Positions 19,202 through 29,350 are shown, counted from the first letter of the stretch. The stretch: DNA of 64,000 nucleotides from a candidate division WOR-3 bacterium (GCA_039803205.1 JBDRYB010000001.1:363413-427412), one strand, 5' to 3'. Translations and numbers: made by a program. Notes: a model not told the origin generated them from the sequence alone.

Positions 19202-20015
19202 CCTGCGAGAGCCCATAAGCGGCCTTGGCCGGCGAGACAGAGAGGATGTGACAACCTGTATCCAGCTCAAAACCAGCCAGAAACCCAGTTCTCGGTATTA
19301 TCTCAACCCGCCAGTGCCAATCTCCCGGCATGGATTTCAGGATCAGGTTGTAATCCGGCGACGAGAGCACATCCTCTAAGGCCTTCAGAACCCTTTTCAG
19401 GACCCCGGCTAGGGACATGGGCCCATCCGGCAAAAGCCCCTGTGGCTCCCTCGGCATTATCCAGGTCTCGTATGGGAAACGGGAGACCTCCGGGCAAAGG
19501 GCAACGAGGCCGTCCTCCTCGTGGAATATGTGTCCGTCTCTCAGAGAGGATTTGGCAACTTCCCCGCCTATTTCCCTCTCAATAACCGGAGGCAGGAACG
19601 GGAGGCCGACGAGCTGGGTGTGAATGTGTCTTCTGGAGGCCCCGGCAGTAGGGCCGTGGTTGTGGAAGAGGCTTACATACTTGACAGATGGGTTTGAATA
19701 AGCCGCGGAAACCCTTTTGCGCCATGTGTCAACGGCCAGAGCGAGATCGTCATCCGAAAGCTCGGAAAGCGACACCCCGTGTCTCGGAGAATCAACAATT
19801 ACCTCGTGCAGATCGGTCGCTGGGTATTTGTTTGGGAAAACGCGAACCCTCCAAGGCTCTCCAACCCTCATTATCTCAGGAGGGGTCATGCCCTCGTTCC
19901 CTGGGCAGAAGGGGCAGGGGCCGGATTCGCCCGAGAAATCAAGAGGCCTTGCCCCGCGTTCCTCAGCCAGGATGGAACAGAACCCCCTTACACGATCCCA
20001 ACGGAAATCCCTCAC
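19179..20015 (-). CDS. galT: Galactose-1-phosphate uridylyltransferase (GalT/HIT family)
   Basis: CPFCPGNEGMTPPE, RVFPNKYP, HEVIVDSP, AGAS..HIHTQ, HWRVEIIPR; GTG 20015 is 6 nt after TATAAT. Confidence 0.85.
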   Translation of the reverse strand: MRDFRWDRVRGFCSILAEERGARPLDFSGESGPCPFCPGNEGMTPPEIMRVGEPWRVRVFPNKYPATDLHEVIVDSPRHGVSLSELSDDDLALAVDTWRKRVSAAYSNPSVKYVSLFHNHGPTAGASRRHIHTQLVGLPFLPPVIEREIGGEVAKSSLRDGHIFHEEDGLVALCPEVSRFPYETWIMPREPQGLLPDGPMSLAGVLKRVLKALEDVLSSPDYNLILKSMPGDWHWRVEIIPRTGFLAGFELDTGCHILSVSPAKAAYGLSQAIEKRSP

Positions 20016-20115
20016 CCTCAAATTATATCGGTTTGCTTCAAGGTTTTGCACCGAGTGAGCCGGACTTGTTGGGAGATGAGCCGGAGATTTAAGATATTCC
20101 CTCCGGAGGAACATC

Positions 20116-21288
20116 ATGCCTTATAAAGCCTTTGATTTCTTTAACTTGGATGCTAGTCTGTCGGATGAGGAGCGGATGATCAGGGATACAGCGAGGGAGT
20201 TCACGGAGCGCGAGGTCATTCCCATCATTGCTGATTGCTGGGAGGAGGCCCGCTTCCCCAGGGAGATAATACCGAAGCTGGCTGAGCTCGGGTTCCTCGG
20301 GCCGTTCATCCCCGAGGAATACGGTGGGGTTGGCGCCAGCTACACGGTCTACGGCCTCATCTGTCAGGAGCTAGAACGAGGGGACTCAGGGGTTCGCTCC
20401 TTCTGCTCTGTTCAGGGAAGCTTGGTGATGTATCCGATATGGCGGTTCGGTTCAGAAGAACAGAGGAGATACTACCTCCCGAAATTGGCTTCTGGGGAGC
20501 TGGTGGGCTGTTTCGGGCTCACTGAGCCGGATGCTGGCTCTGATCCTGGTTCCATGAAGACGAGGTGCAGGAGGGATGGGGATGGGTGGGTTATCTCAGG
20601 AAACAAGATGTGGATAACGAACGGAACAATAGCGGATATAGCGGTTGTCTGGGCAAAGGATGAAGAGGGAAGGATAAGGGGATTTATAGTCCACAAGGAT
20701 GATCCCGGCTTCTCAGCGCCAGAGCAGAAACACAAGGTATCCCTCAGGGCATCCGTGACATCCGAGCTCGTGCTTGACGATGTCAGGGTTCCGGCTGATA
20801 GGGAGCTCCCTGGGACCGAGGGGCTCAAGAGCGCTCTCAGCTGCCTAACATCAGCCAGATACGGTATAGCTTGGGGGGCTGTTGGTGTAGCTCAGGCTGT
20901 TTTTGATGAGGCTCTTCAGTATAGCCTTGAACGGGTCCAGTTCGGGAGGCCCATAGCCTCATTCCAGCTGACCCAGGAGAAGCTCGCGGATATGGCGACC
21001 GAGATAACTAAGGCACAAATGCTCGCCTATCACCTCGGGAGGCTCGCTGACAGAGGTGAGATGAAGTATTATCATGTCTCCATGGCAAAACGCAACAATG
21101 TCGCGGTCGCGCTGAGGTGCGCGAGGGAGGCAAGGACAATCCTCGGCGCCAACGGAATATCCCTTGAATATCAGGCAATAAGGCACATGTGCAACATGGA
21201 GTCCGTTCACACATACGAGGGGACATATGAGATTCACACCCTGATTCTGGGGGAGGCACTAACTGGTTTGCCGGCCTATAGGGGATAA
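20116..21288 (+). CDS. Acyl-CoA dehydrogenase (glutaryl-CoA dehydrogenase-like)
   Basis: ELERGDSG, GCFGLTEPDAGSDP, KMWITNG, RVQFGRP, LGANGI and TYEGT motifs. Confidence 0.9.
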   Translation: MPYKAFDFFNLDASLSDEERMIRDTAREFTEREVIPIIADCWEEARFPREIIPKLAELGFLGPFIPEEYGGVGASYTVYGLICQELERGDSGVRSFCSVQGSLVMYPIWRFGSEEQRRYYLPKLASGELVGCFGLTEPDAGSDPGSMKTRCRRDGDGWVISGNKMWITNGTIADIAVVWAKDEEGRIRGFIVHKDDPGFSAPEQKHKVSLRASVTSELVLDDVRVPADRELPGTEGLKSALSCLTSARYGIAWGAVGVAQAVFDEALQYSLERVQFGRPIASFQLTQEKLADMATEITKAQMLAYHLGRLADRGEMKYYHVSMAKRNNVAVALRCAREARTILGANGISLEYQAIRHMCNMESVHTYEGTYEIHTLILGEALTGLPAYRG

Positions 21289-21292
21289 GCTT

Positions 21293-22219
21293 TTATTTTC
21301 TCCTCGTCCACAGCGGAAGTATCCCGACCGTTGTTGGCACGAGGCAGACCGCGAAGTATGTCAGGGAAAGGGCTATGCAGGCCTCATCTGGCATGAATGG
21401 CCTGAAGAGAAAGAGGAAAGCCCCTTCCCTTACCCCGAAGCCGCTTACTGAGACAGGGAGCATAGCCAGTAGGTTCACGGTGGGAACGAATATGAGGGAA
21501 GCCCAAACGGGCGGCCATTTGCCAAGAGCGCCGGAGACCAGGTGTCCGATAAGGGCAAAGATGATCTGGAGGATGAGGGCGAGGATGAAGGTGATTAGGA
21601 GGAGGCCGGGCCTTCTCCCGTAGAAGTGGAAGGCTCTCAGAAAGCTCATAACCCTTTCCCCCATCCTGAGCCAACCGATCCGGCCTATTGTCCTCTCAGC
21701 GAATGAGATAAACGGATCCGTGAAGGCGAGGATCGTTCCCAGAAGAAGCAAAACAGCGAGGACCGCAACTGCGATTCTCATCTCAGAGTGAACCCAGACA
21801 GCGGCCAATGCCGTGAACGCCAGGATTATGAAACCGGTTAACCTGTCAACGACTATGCTGGCCGAGACCTTTGCCAGGTCCCCGTGTTTCCTCACTATCC
21901 AGGCGCCACGAACCACATCAACCCCAACGCCGGCTGGCATGAAGTTGCCAATAAAAAGCCCAGCGAACATTGCCCAGAGGGAGTCTGAGATCGAAACCCT
22001 TATGCCGTGTGCGCGCATGAACAGGTGCCACCGGAATCCGGCCACGCAGTATCCCCCGAGAGCCATCATCATGCCTCCGATGAGTAGCCATATGTTTGCG
22101 CTCGCTATCTCTCCGAGGACTCGGGCTGGGTTGACCTTCCAGAGGATGAACGCCAAGATGCCGCCGGATACGATCAGGCGGAGGAGGACATCCAAGGCCT
22201 TTCTGATCTTCGGAGACAG
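21293..22219 (-). CDS. Lysylphosphatidylglycerol synthase TM / UPF0104 flippase-like membrane protein
   Basis: RWHL, GNFMP..G.D..R, VVDR, LPVSVSGFGVREG; start extended to CTG 22219 (see findings; the ORF track starts at 22195). Confidence 0.85.
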   Translation of the reverse strand: MSPKIRKALDVLLRLIVSGGILAFILWKVNPARVLGEIASANIWLLIGGMMMALGGYCVAGFRWHLFMRAHGIRVSISDSLWAMFAGLFIGNFMPAGVGVDVVRGAWIVRKHGDLAKVSASIVVDRLTGFIILAFTALAAVWVHSEMRIAVAVLAVLLLLGTILAFTDPFISFAERTIGRIGWLRMGERVMSFLRAFHFYGRRPGLLLITFILALILQIIFALIGHLVSGALGKWPPVWASLIFVPTVNLLAMLPVSVSGFGVREGAFLFLFRPFMPDEACIALSLTYFAVCLVPTTVGILPLWTRRK

Positions 22220-22303
22220 GATGAAATTATATCATGCGCGAGGAGCGCCTTGCCAGCATCGCTGATCAGCTTTCTTCTCTCGCTTTATAATTTTCCCCTG
22301 TTC

Positions 22304-22390
22304 GGAGGGGTGTCCGAGTCCGGTTGAAGGAGCACGATTCGAAATCGTGTAGAGGGAAACCTCTCGTGGGTTCAAATCCCACCCCCTCCG
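22304..22390 (+). tRNA. tRNA-Ser (anticodon CGA)
   Basis: Acceptor GGAGGGG/CCCCTCC; anticodon arm CACGA-TTCGAAA-TCGTG; long variable arm AGAGG-GAAA-CCTCT; T-arm GTGGG-TTCAAAT-CCCAC; discriminator G; CCA not encoded. Confidence 0.95.
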
Positions 22391-22399
22391 CAGAGGGTG

Positions 22400-24142
22400 C
22401 TATCTCCTGGTTCTCTTGCCCTTTTCCTGGTTTATGAATACCCAAGCCACTATCTCGCCTGGATTCACCGAGTAGTCAACCCTGAGGGTTTTGGGATTCA
22501 GGAACCTTCTGTCCTCCCTTGAAGAACCAGCGAGACCTCTTCTCAGCCTCCGTGAGCGTGCCCTCGCATCCGAGATTATCGCTTTGAACCTCTTTTGCCA
22601 CTCAGTAGCGTTTTCTTGCCTCGTGTCAATCCAACCTGCGTAAGCCCATCGCTCTATGTTCTCTTTTGTGGCCGGGAGATTCCTTTCCCTCTCAAGGGGT
22701 ATCACGACGCGCGCGCCAGCCAGAAGGTTCCCCTCCGGCATGAGAACGGGTATCCCAACCGAGAGGGCCGCTTTCCTAACCCTATCGTTCTTTATGATGA
22801 AGTCCGCCATGGCCTTTGATATGGCGGCTGGCTCTTCGGAAACGACCCTTCTCATGTCTCCGTATATCTCTTTGAGAATGTGCGCCTCAAAGAGGAGCTT
22901 CGTTAGCCTCGGTGGCCCGAGTATCTCAAAGGCCACAGATGGGTAATATTTGTTTTCCCTTTCAAGGGCATAAAGCCTCTGAATAGCCGCTTCCCTGAGA
23001 AGCCCTCCGCGGTATGTTGGGCCCATGACAGCTCCTTCAAGCGCGTCTATCACATCCCTCCCCGTGTTCTGGCCGAGGGACTCGTATATCGCGTAATCCG
23101 CTATCTCCTCAGGTGTTATGAACTCCATCTGGTCAAGGGCCGTGAGCGCGACGAATTCGCCCAGAGAAAAGAGCCCGTTCTCTCCCGTGTCAATGTAGAC
23201 GGATCTCAAGGGTTCTTCGGTTATCTCGGTTGCTCTGTTGGCCTTGAGGGCTGTCGCGAAACCCTCTTCCCCGGAGAGAGGTATGGGTTTCTTGTTGTCA
23301 CAGATGGTTATCGGCCTTCCTCCCCTAGTTATCTCCCCTATTCCTATGCCCTGCCAGGCTATAGCGGCAGCCGGTTTGAGCTCCTTTATCGCTGGCGCAT
23401 CAGCCGCCCTTGACATGATGAGGAAAAGGAGGCTCTGCGCTCCTGCCATGGCGGTCTTTGAAAGGAGAACCCTGGATGGCCTGTCCTCGGAGTGGGTGTA
23501 GGGGATGTCCCAGCCCATTCCGCCCGTTCCCGTTGTGCCTATCTTCACATATAGCTCGGTTCCCGAATCCTTCATGGCCCTCTTCAGTATCTCCATGTGC
23601 CTGACCAACTGCGGGGTGTAGGCTGTCAAGAGGAACCTTTCGGAGCTCTCCCTCACATCCTTTCCAGCCTTTATCTCTTCGTATAGGTCAAGCGCCGCAT
23701 CGTAGACATTCTGATAAGCCAAGGCCGTGGCCGTGTTCACGGAATCATAAACTATGTTTGGCTTTGTAGTCTTGAACAACCAGTATAGGTATGAGGACTC
23801 TATTATCTGGTCGTTTACCTGCAGGTATGTATCCTCTATGAGGGTTCTCCTGGCCTCCTTGTCCCCGAGGAGCTCCTCTCTGGTTTTATCCTTGAACTCC
23901 TTTCTGACGAACATGTTTCCCCAAAAGCCTGTTAGCCTGCCCTTTCTGTAGCATGCTACCTCGTCAATCTCCTCGCGCCGGGGCTTGAAGCCCAGGAGCT
24001 CAAAGGTCTCGGTTATCTCGTGCTCGTAAAGCCCGAGTATTGCGACCCGGGCCGCTTTAAGGGCCAAGGCCTTCTCGGCTATTACCCTGCCTACGAGGCC
24101 TGTTCCGCCAAGAATTAGGACGCTTTTCCCTCTAAAGTTCAT
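22400..24142 (-). CDS. Uncharacterised Rossmann-fold (SDR-like) protein, 580 aa
   Basis: N-terminal VLILGGTGLVG dinucleotide-binding motif; conserved-looking KIGTTGTGGMG..IPYTHSE segment. Confidence 0.75.
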   Translation of the reverse strand: MNFRGKSVLILGGTGLVGRVIAEKALALKAARVAILGLYEHEITETFELLGFKPRREEIDEVACYRKGRLTGFWGNMFVRKEFKDKTREELLGDKEARRTLIEDTYLQVNDQIIESSYLYWLFKTTKPNIVYDSVNTATALAYQNVYDAALDLYEEIKAGKDVRESSERFLLTAYTPQLVRHMEILKRAMKDSGTELYVKIGTTGTGGMGWDIPYTHSEDRPSRVLLSKTAMAGAQSLLFLIMSRAADAPAIKELKPAAAIAWQGIGIGEITRGGRPITICDNKKPIPLSGEEGFATALKANRATEITEEPLRSVYIDTGENGLFSLGEFVALTALDQMEFITPEEIADYAIYESLGQNTGRDVIDALEGAVMGPTYRGGLLREAAIQRLYALERENKYYPSVAFEILGPPRLTKLLFEAHILKEIYGDMRRVVSEEPAAISKAMADFIIKNDRVRKAALSVGIPVLMPEGNLLAGARVVIPLERERNLPATKENIERWAYAGWIDTRQENATEWQKRFKAIISDARARSRRLRRGLAGSSREDRRFLNPKTLRVDYSVNPGEIVAWVFINQEKGKRTRR

Positions 24143-24200
24143 GGTTTTCTCTCTGATGGGCGATTATTTTAACAGCTATCGCTGTGTTGGAACAACTTAG

Positions 24201-25319
24201 CTACCATCCCATCAGAACCCCCGCGAAGACCCCTGGTTCCAGGTCTCCGAAGTAATCTCCCCTGGTGATGATGGGGAGGCCTGATGAATCCGAGGATATT
24301 TCCGTGTCCCTGCCGTAGAAATAATAAGCCCCAAGCCTTGCCTCAAAACCCCGGCCAAATGCCCTCCTGACCAGTGGCATTGCCATGAGACTGCCATCAG
24401 AAGCGCAGAGAACCCCGTAAAACGCCAAACTCCATACCACATCGTATGATTTACTGATTAGAAGCCCGATGTAATCCCTCTCGTAAAAGCTGTAAAGCCC
24501 ATAACCGGTTGGGTCTGCTCGGCCGTTGTGGTAATACTCTGCCATCAGGTAAACCTGGCCAGGGAACATCCTGTCATAATTCAAAACATAACGGGGCTCC
24601 GCGCTCGCGTAAAAACACGCCTCAGCCCGGAGCGCGCCGCCAAGGAGGTTTGTGGAAAACCCAGCTCCCACGAGCGAATCCCCCTTGTCGTATCCCCCCT
24701 CAAACACGAGATCAAGGCCTGGAAGGTAGCAAAGGGTTCTCATCCCAGCCTTCCACGCAAGGGAGGAATCGTTATCCGAGGGAGGTGAATAGGCCAGTTC
24801 AACCGAAACCGGGCCAGCCGGCCTCAGCCCAATAAACGCGCAATCTGAGAAAGGCACATCATCCGGCACCACAGAGAGGTTGTTCTGAGGCGTGAATATG
24901 TTCAGAGGGGTCCAGAAGAATGTGGTGCTCCAGTTCAGGACCCTCCTTCCTATTGCGATGGCCAGATAACGGGACTGATATTCAAAGTAGGCTCGCCTTA
25001 TGTAGTCCCTCTGCACAGTCCGCCCCGCGCCTGATGAGGCATCAAGGTCTATGAAACCGGGATCTGACAAGGAAAGCCCCTCGAGAACTGCTGAGTAGGC
25101 GTAAAGGTTTCCGATGTATAGCTCGTGAACCACCTCGGAATAAAGCCTGATGCCAGCGCCAACCGCCTTTATCCGGAGTATGCCCCTTGCCTGACCGAGC
25201 CTGAAGGGGACATAACGGAGATCCGTTGGCCCGAAAGGCCAGAGGACGCTGGTCTCCGTGAACTGGGAGTAAGCATCCCCTCCCATGGAGAACCTGAGAG
25301 CCATGAGCGCGTAAAGCAT
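24201..25319 (-). CDS. Hypothetical outer-membrane protein of the ABC/Lol-like operon
   Basis: RRAY..Y, IGRRVLNW, EYYHNG motifs; C-terminal Trp; last gene of the operon. Confidence 0.7.
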   Translation of the reverse strand: MLYALMALRFSMGGDAYSQFTETSVLWPFGPTDLRYVPFRLGQARGILRIKAVGAGIRLYSEVVHELYIGNLYAYSAVLEGLSLSDPGFIDLDASSGAGRTVQRDYIRRAYFEYQSRYLAIAIGRRVLNWSTTFFWTPLNIFTPQNNLSVVPDDVPFSDCAFIGLRPAGPVSVELAYSPPSDNDSSLAWKAGMRTLCYLPGLDLVFEGGYDKGDSLVGAGFSTNLLGGALRAEACFYASAEPRYVLNYDRMFPGQVYLMAEYYHNGRADPTGYGLYSFYERDYIGLLISKSYDVVWSLAFYGVLCASDGSLMAMPLVRRAFGRGFEARLGAYYFYGRDTEISSDSSGLPIITRGDYFGDLEPGVFAGVLMGW

Positions 25320-25327
25320 TGATCTCC

Positions 25328-26056
25328 CTATTCCCCTGACCAGCGCTCCATCTGGTTCACATCAAACCTCTCTGCGGGTATTTTGGTGTTGAACTTTATA
25401 TCCATGATGGTGAGAACGGTCTTGTGGCCCGGTTTGTCCCCCGGGATGACTTCCATGAGCGTGGGGAGCCTTCTGCCGCCTATGGTTTTTACCCCAGAAT
25501 ATCTTATGGTCCTGACCCTTTTGCCATCCTCATCATAGTAATCCCCTCTCACAGCTATGTAGCCGGGCATTTCTATCACGAACACTATCTTTCCCCAGAC
25601 AACGGGCGCGCCCTCGCGCGGGATCAGCTCAAGGGTGTAGCGGGTGCCATCGGAGAGCGGCTCCTCGGAGACTATCCTGGAATCATAGTCCTCCGATATG
25701 CTAGATTCGTGCACTAGATCATCGTTCGTGAGGTCCGATCCCATCCAGGGGTCCATCATCATGCTCGGAGGCATCCTCAGCTTCTTGCCCGCTTTTGGCA
25801 AATACATCCATAGGTTCCCCTCCTTTTTCAGGAAGACCGTGCCGTCATCCTTTCCAGTTGAGGACTTGGTTATGACAACCAGGCTCCTGTCCCCACCTCG
25901 TTCCTCCCAGAAGCTCATCTCATAGATGGTCTGATAATCGGGCCGGATGACCTCCATCCTGTAGGAACCAACGCTCGTCGTGCCGCGCATGAGGTCTTCC
26001 GCACCCTTAAGTATCTCCTCTGCTGTAATGCCAAAGATGAACCCAACGAGGATCAT
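25328..26056 (-). CDS. Outer-membrane lipoprotein-sorting protein (LolA-like)
   Basis: TAEEIL, GTVFLK, LWMYLP, WMGSDLTNDDL, YYDEDG motifs. Confidence 0.85.
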   Translation of the reverse strand: MILVGFIFGITAEEILKGAEDLMRGTTSVGSYRMEVIRPDYQTIYEMSFWEERGGDRSLVVITKSSTGKDDGTVFLKKEGNLWMYLPKAGKKLRMPPSMMMDPWMGSDLTNDDLVHESSISEDYDSRIVSEEPLSDGTRYTLELIPREGAPVVWGKIVFVIEMPGYIAVRGDYYDEDGKRVRTIRYSGVKTIGGRRLPTLMEVIPGDKPGHKTVLTIMDIKFNTKIPAERFDVNQMERWSGE

Positions 26057-26059
26057 GGC

Positions 26060-26746
26060 CTAGCCCTTCCTCTCATCCCCAACGACAACCCCATCCCTCA
26101 GAAGTATGACCCTCTTTGCCTTGTCCATGACCAGCCTGTCGTGGGTTGAGAATACGAATGTCACCCCGTATCTCTCGTTCATTTCCCTCATCATATCAAG
26201 GAGGCCTGATGCTGTTGCTGAGTCAAGGTTAGCTGTTGGTTCATCAGCGAGGACTATCCTCGGGTTGTGGGCTAGCGCTCTCGCGACCGCTATCCTCTGC
26301 TGTTGGCCACCTGAGAGCCTGTTTGGGCGTTTGTTCAGGTATTCTCCCATGCCCATCGCTTCAAGCACCTCTTTGGCCCTTGCCCTGCGCTCGGCTTTCG
26401 GAACCTTCTGCAGGAGAAGCACGAACTCCGCGTTCTCAAGCGCTGTCAGAACCTCTATGAGGTTATAGCTCTGGAAGACAAAGCCGACCTTGCGCAAGCG
26501 GTAATCAGCCAAGGCTGATTTGCTCAGAGCCCCCAGATCAACGCCATCAACGATAACAGAGCCTGATGTGGGTTTATCAAGCCCACCTATTATGTTCAGG
26601 AGGGTTGTCTTCCCAGAGCCAGAAGGCCCGGCTATCGCAACGAACTCGCCCTCGTCTACCTCAAGGTTTATCCCCCGGAGCGCAGGGGCCTCAACCCCGT
26701 GCTCCAGGTATGTCTTCTTGAGGTCCCTTATCTTTATCAGCGTCAT
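26060..26746 (-). CDS. ABC transporter ATP-binding protein (LolD/MacB-like)
   Basis: GPSGSGKT, LSGGQQQR, LADEPTANLD, THD. Confidence 0.95.
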   Translation of the reverse strand: MTLIKIRDLKKTYLEHGVEAPALRGINLEVDEGEFVAIAGPSGSGKTTLLNIIGGLDKPTSGSVIVDGVDLGALSKSALADYRLRKVGFVFQSYNLIEVLTALENAEFVLLLQKVPKAERRARAKEVLEAMGMGEYLNKRPNRLSGGQQQRIAVARALAHNPRIVLADEPTANLDSATASGLLDMMREMNERYGVTFVFSTHDRLVMDKAKRVILLRDGVVVGDERKG

Positions 26747-26750
26747 TGCC

Positions 26751-27974
26751 TCACACCTGCCTCATCGCTCTTGCTGGTTCAAGCCTCGCGGAACCCACTG
26801 CGGGGAAGAGGCCAGAAACCAGCGCGGCTAAAAAACTAAGGATGCATGTCATTATCGTTCCCTGGAGGAAGAACTCCCCAAACCTCGGATATATCACATC
26901 CGGCCAACCAACCATCTTTATTGCCCTTGACCACGCTGAGAGATCTATTCCGGTCACGCCCGTGGCGGCCACTATCCCGATCCCTAAAGCAACCCCGACC
27001 ATAACCCCGAAAAAGCCGATGAAGAATGACTCCGTGAGTATGAGAAAAGCAACATGTCTCCTGTGCGCGCCCATTGCCATGATGATGCCCAACTCCTTAG
27101 TCCTCTCAGATACAGAAACTATCATCACATTGCTTATTCCCGCTACCGCCAGAAGGAGAAAAACAACAAGGACGATCATGGCGTATGCCCTTCCTATATC
27201 GGTCATCATCTTTATGATGTTCATGTATGTTTCCCAGCTGAGAACCGATAGGCCCAACAGGTTGGGTCTGAGCCTTTTGGCCGCCGGCTCTGCGGCCTCA
27301 GCCCCTCGTGTCCTCGCGACCAGCCTGTGGGCCCCGGAAATGGCGAGGGTTGCCCTTGCCTCGTTGATGTTGACCAGGAGGGTTCTTGAGTCAAGGTTCA
27401 TGTCCCCCGTCTCAATTATCCCAGAGAGGATGAAACTGCCCACGCCTATTGAGCCATCCGCGGCCTGGGTTATGAATGTCATGGAATCCCCGATCCCAAC
27501 CCCCAACTGCCTAGCTAGGTTGGAGCCGATTAACGCTGAGCCAGGGTTATCGGGATCAATGAATCTGCCTTCCTTCAACATCTTGTGTAGTCTTGTGGTA
27601 AGGGTTTCTGATGGGACATCCAGCCCTATCATCCTCGTGCCTGCGGATTTCTCCGGTCCAAAAAGGAGACCGAAGGCCTCAACCCTTGCCGCGGCAGAGA
27701 CCACATCCGGGTCCCCCGAAAGAACCGAAAGCGCGTATTGAAGCCCGGGTATGGTATCAGAGACGCGTGGGTTGTCATCGTATCCAGGTTTGGTTATCTG
27801 GAGCTGGCCAACGAATAGGCTTGTTCCAGCCTCAACAGAACCAGCCTCAATGCCATCCTCCATGCCGCAGAGAAAGACGGTCAGGGCTACCGCGAACCCC
27901 ACCATTGAGGAAGCGAGGCCTGTCCTTCCTTTGTTTCTGCTGAGGTTTCTGAGGGCTATGATCACCCAGTTCAT
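26751..27974 (-). CDS. ABC transporter permease (LolC/E, FtsX/MacB family)
   Basis: ALRNLSRNKGRT, SVSERTKELG..AMG, GLFPA; ATG 27974 overlaps the upstream stop (TGATG). Confidence 0.9.
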   Translation of the reverse strand: MNWVIIALRNLSRNKGRTGLASSMVGFAVALTVFLCGMEDGIEAGSVEAGTSLFVGQLQITKPGYDDNPRVSDTIPGLQYALSVLSGDPDVVSAAARVEAFGLLFGPEKSAGTRMIGLDVPSETLTTRLHKMLKEGRFIDPDNPGSALIGSNLARQLGVGIGDSMTFITQAADGSIGVGSFILSGIIETGDMNLDSRTLLVNINEARATLAISGAHRLVARTRGAEAAEPAAKRLRPNLLGLSVLSWETYMNIIKMMTDIGRAYAMIVLVVFLLLAVAGISNVMIVSVSERTKELGIIMAMGAHRRHVAFLILTESFFIGFFGVMVGVALGIGIVAATGVTGIDLSAWSRAIKMVGWPDVIYPRFGEFFLQGTIMTCILSFLAALVSGLFPAVGSARLEPARAMRQV

Positions 27975-29200
27975 CAATACCTCATTGCTCGGGAGGGGAC
28001 CATTCTGGCGGCTATGTATGCTGGATAAAGAGAGCTGAGAACAGAGACAGCGAGAAAACCGAGGATAGGCTCGTGAAAGTGAGACCAAAAAACAGCCCCC
28101 ATCTGCGGATATAGCTTGCCTATGTTGCCCATGTCGTAGCTCTCGTATATCTCGGAAAATCCGCTGACATCTATTCCAGTCATGCTCGTTATCCAGACAG
28201 CGATGAAACCTATGATGAGGCCGATGACTATTCCGATTGCGCCGAGAATAACCCCTTCGGCGATGACCATTCCGAAAACGCCCAAGGGCTTCATTCCTAC
28301 AGCCTGCATTATCCCGAACTCGCGAACGCGTTGCTGGACTGACATGAGCATGGTAGCGGCTATGCTTGAGAGCGCGAGGAACATGAAGAGGAGAAGGACA
28401 ATGGATACGCTCCCGCGCTTCATCTGGACGGTCTGTTCAATTACGGGCAGGAACTCTCTCCACGACCTCGCGACAACGCCTCCGCCTGGATTCAGCCTCC
28501 TGGCGACATCATCCGCGGAGCTGAGGCTCTTGACCCTTATGGCTATGATGTGATACCCGTTCACGAGGAGCATCCTTTTGAGGGTCTCCGAGCTGAGAAC
28601 CACGAGGCTCCTGTCCAGCTCAGCTGATCCGAGGTGAAATATCCCTTTTACCCTGAGCGCCTCTCCGGATATGTTCCCGGTTGAATCCATGGCCATTATA
28701 ACGAACTTGGAGCCGAGCCTCAGGCCCAGGTCATCAGCCATCCTGTCGCCGATCAGCGCCCCCCGTTTATCCCCCGGGCCTATGAACTCTCCTTCCTTCA
28801 AGTATTCGGAGAACTTTGAGACCCCGGACTCGTTCTCTGGCCTTATCCCAACGAGAAGGGCTCCGGATGAACCTGTCGGGGACCTGACCATGCCCGTTGC
28901 CAGAAGCCGGGGAGAAAACCCAATTACATCGGGGTCGCTTCTGATGCGTGAGAATATCTCAGATGTATCTGATATGACCTTTCTCACATCGTAATCGTCG
29001 CTGAATCCAGCCCTCTCAATCTGAACCTGGCCGGGGAACATGTCTGTTATGTGTCTGAGGGCTATTTCCCACGCGCCATCCTGTATTGCCCACATGAAAA
29101 CCGTGAGCGCCATTCCTACTACAATTATGGAGATTGAGAGGGCTGTTCTCCGCTTGTTGGCGAGGATGTTGCGATAGGCGATCTGAAAATATATCCTCAC
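27974..29200 (-). CDS. ABC transporter permease (LolC/E, FtsX/MacB family)
   Basis: AYRNILANKRRT, RVREFGIMQAVG, SLYPA. Confidence 0.9.
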   Translation of the reverse strand: MRIYFQIAYRNILANKRRTALSISIIVVGMALTVFMWAIQDGAWEIALRHITDMFPGQVQIERAGFSDDYDVRKVISDTSEIFSRIRSDPDVIGFSPRLLATGMVRSPTGSSGALLVGIRPENESGVSKFSEYLKEGEFIGPGDKRGALIGDRMADDLGLRLGSKFVIMAMDSTGNISGEALRVKGIFHLGSAELDRSLVVLSSETLKRMLLVNGYHIIAIRVKSLSSADDVARRLNPGGGVVARSWREFLPVIEQTVQMKRGSVSIVLLLFMFLALSSIAATMLMSVQQRVREFGIMQAVGMKPLGVFGMVIAEGVILGAIGIVIGLIIGFIAVWITSMTGIDVSGFSEIYESYDMGNIGKLYPQMGAVFWSHFHEPILGFLAVSVLSSLYPAYIAARMVPSRAMRY

Positions 29201-29281
29201 TTCTCACTCAGATTATAAGGCACAGAGCCAATCTGGGGCAAACGCGAGCGGGGTTGGATTCTTATTTGGGGTCACAACCAC

Positions 29282-29350
29282 TTCGCAACGAGCCTTGAGA
29301 ACATAGAGGAAGGCATAAAGAGGTTCGGGGACGCGGTTAGAGGGAGGTAG
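29282..29350 (+). pseudogene. Orphan 3'-terminal fragment resembling a class I/II aminotransferase C-terminus
   Basis: Reads FATSLENIEEGIKRFGDAVRGR*; no start codon and an in-frame TAA upstream. Confidence 0.5.

Noticed and set aside
22304..22400. tRNA-Ser as an island integration site
   Set aside because: No duplicate of the tRNA 3' end and no integrase found; the flanking gene has host-like composition.
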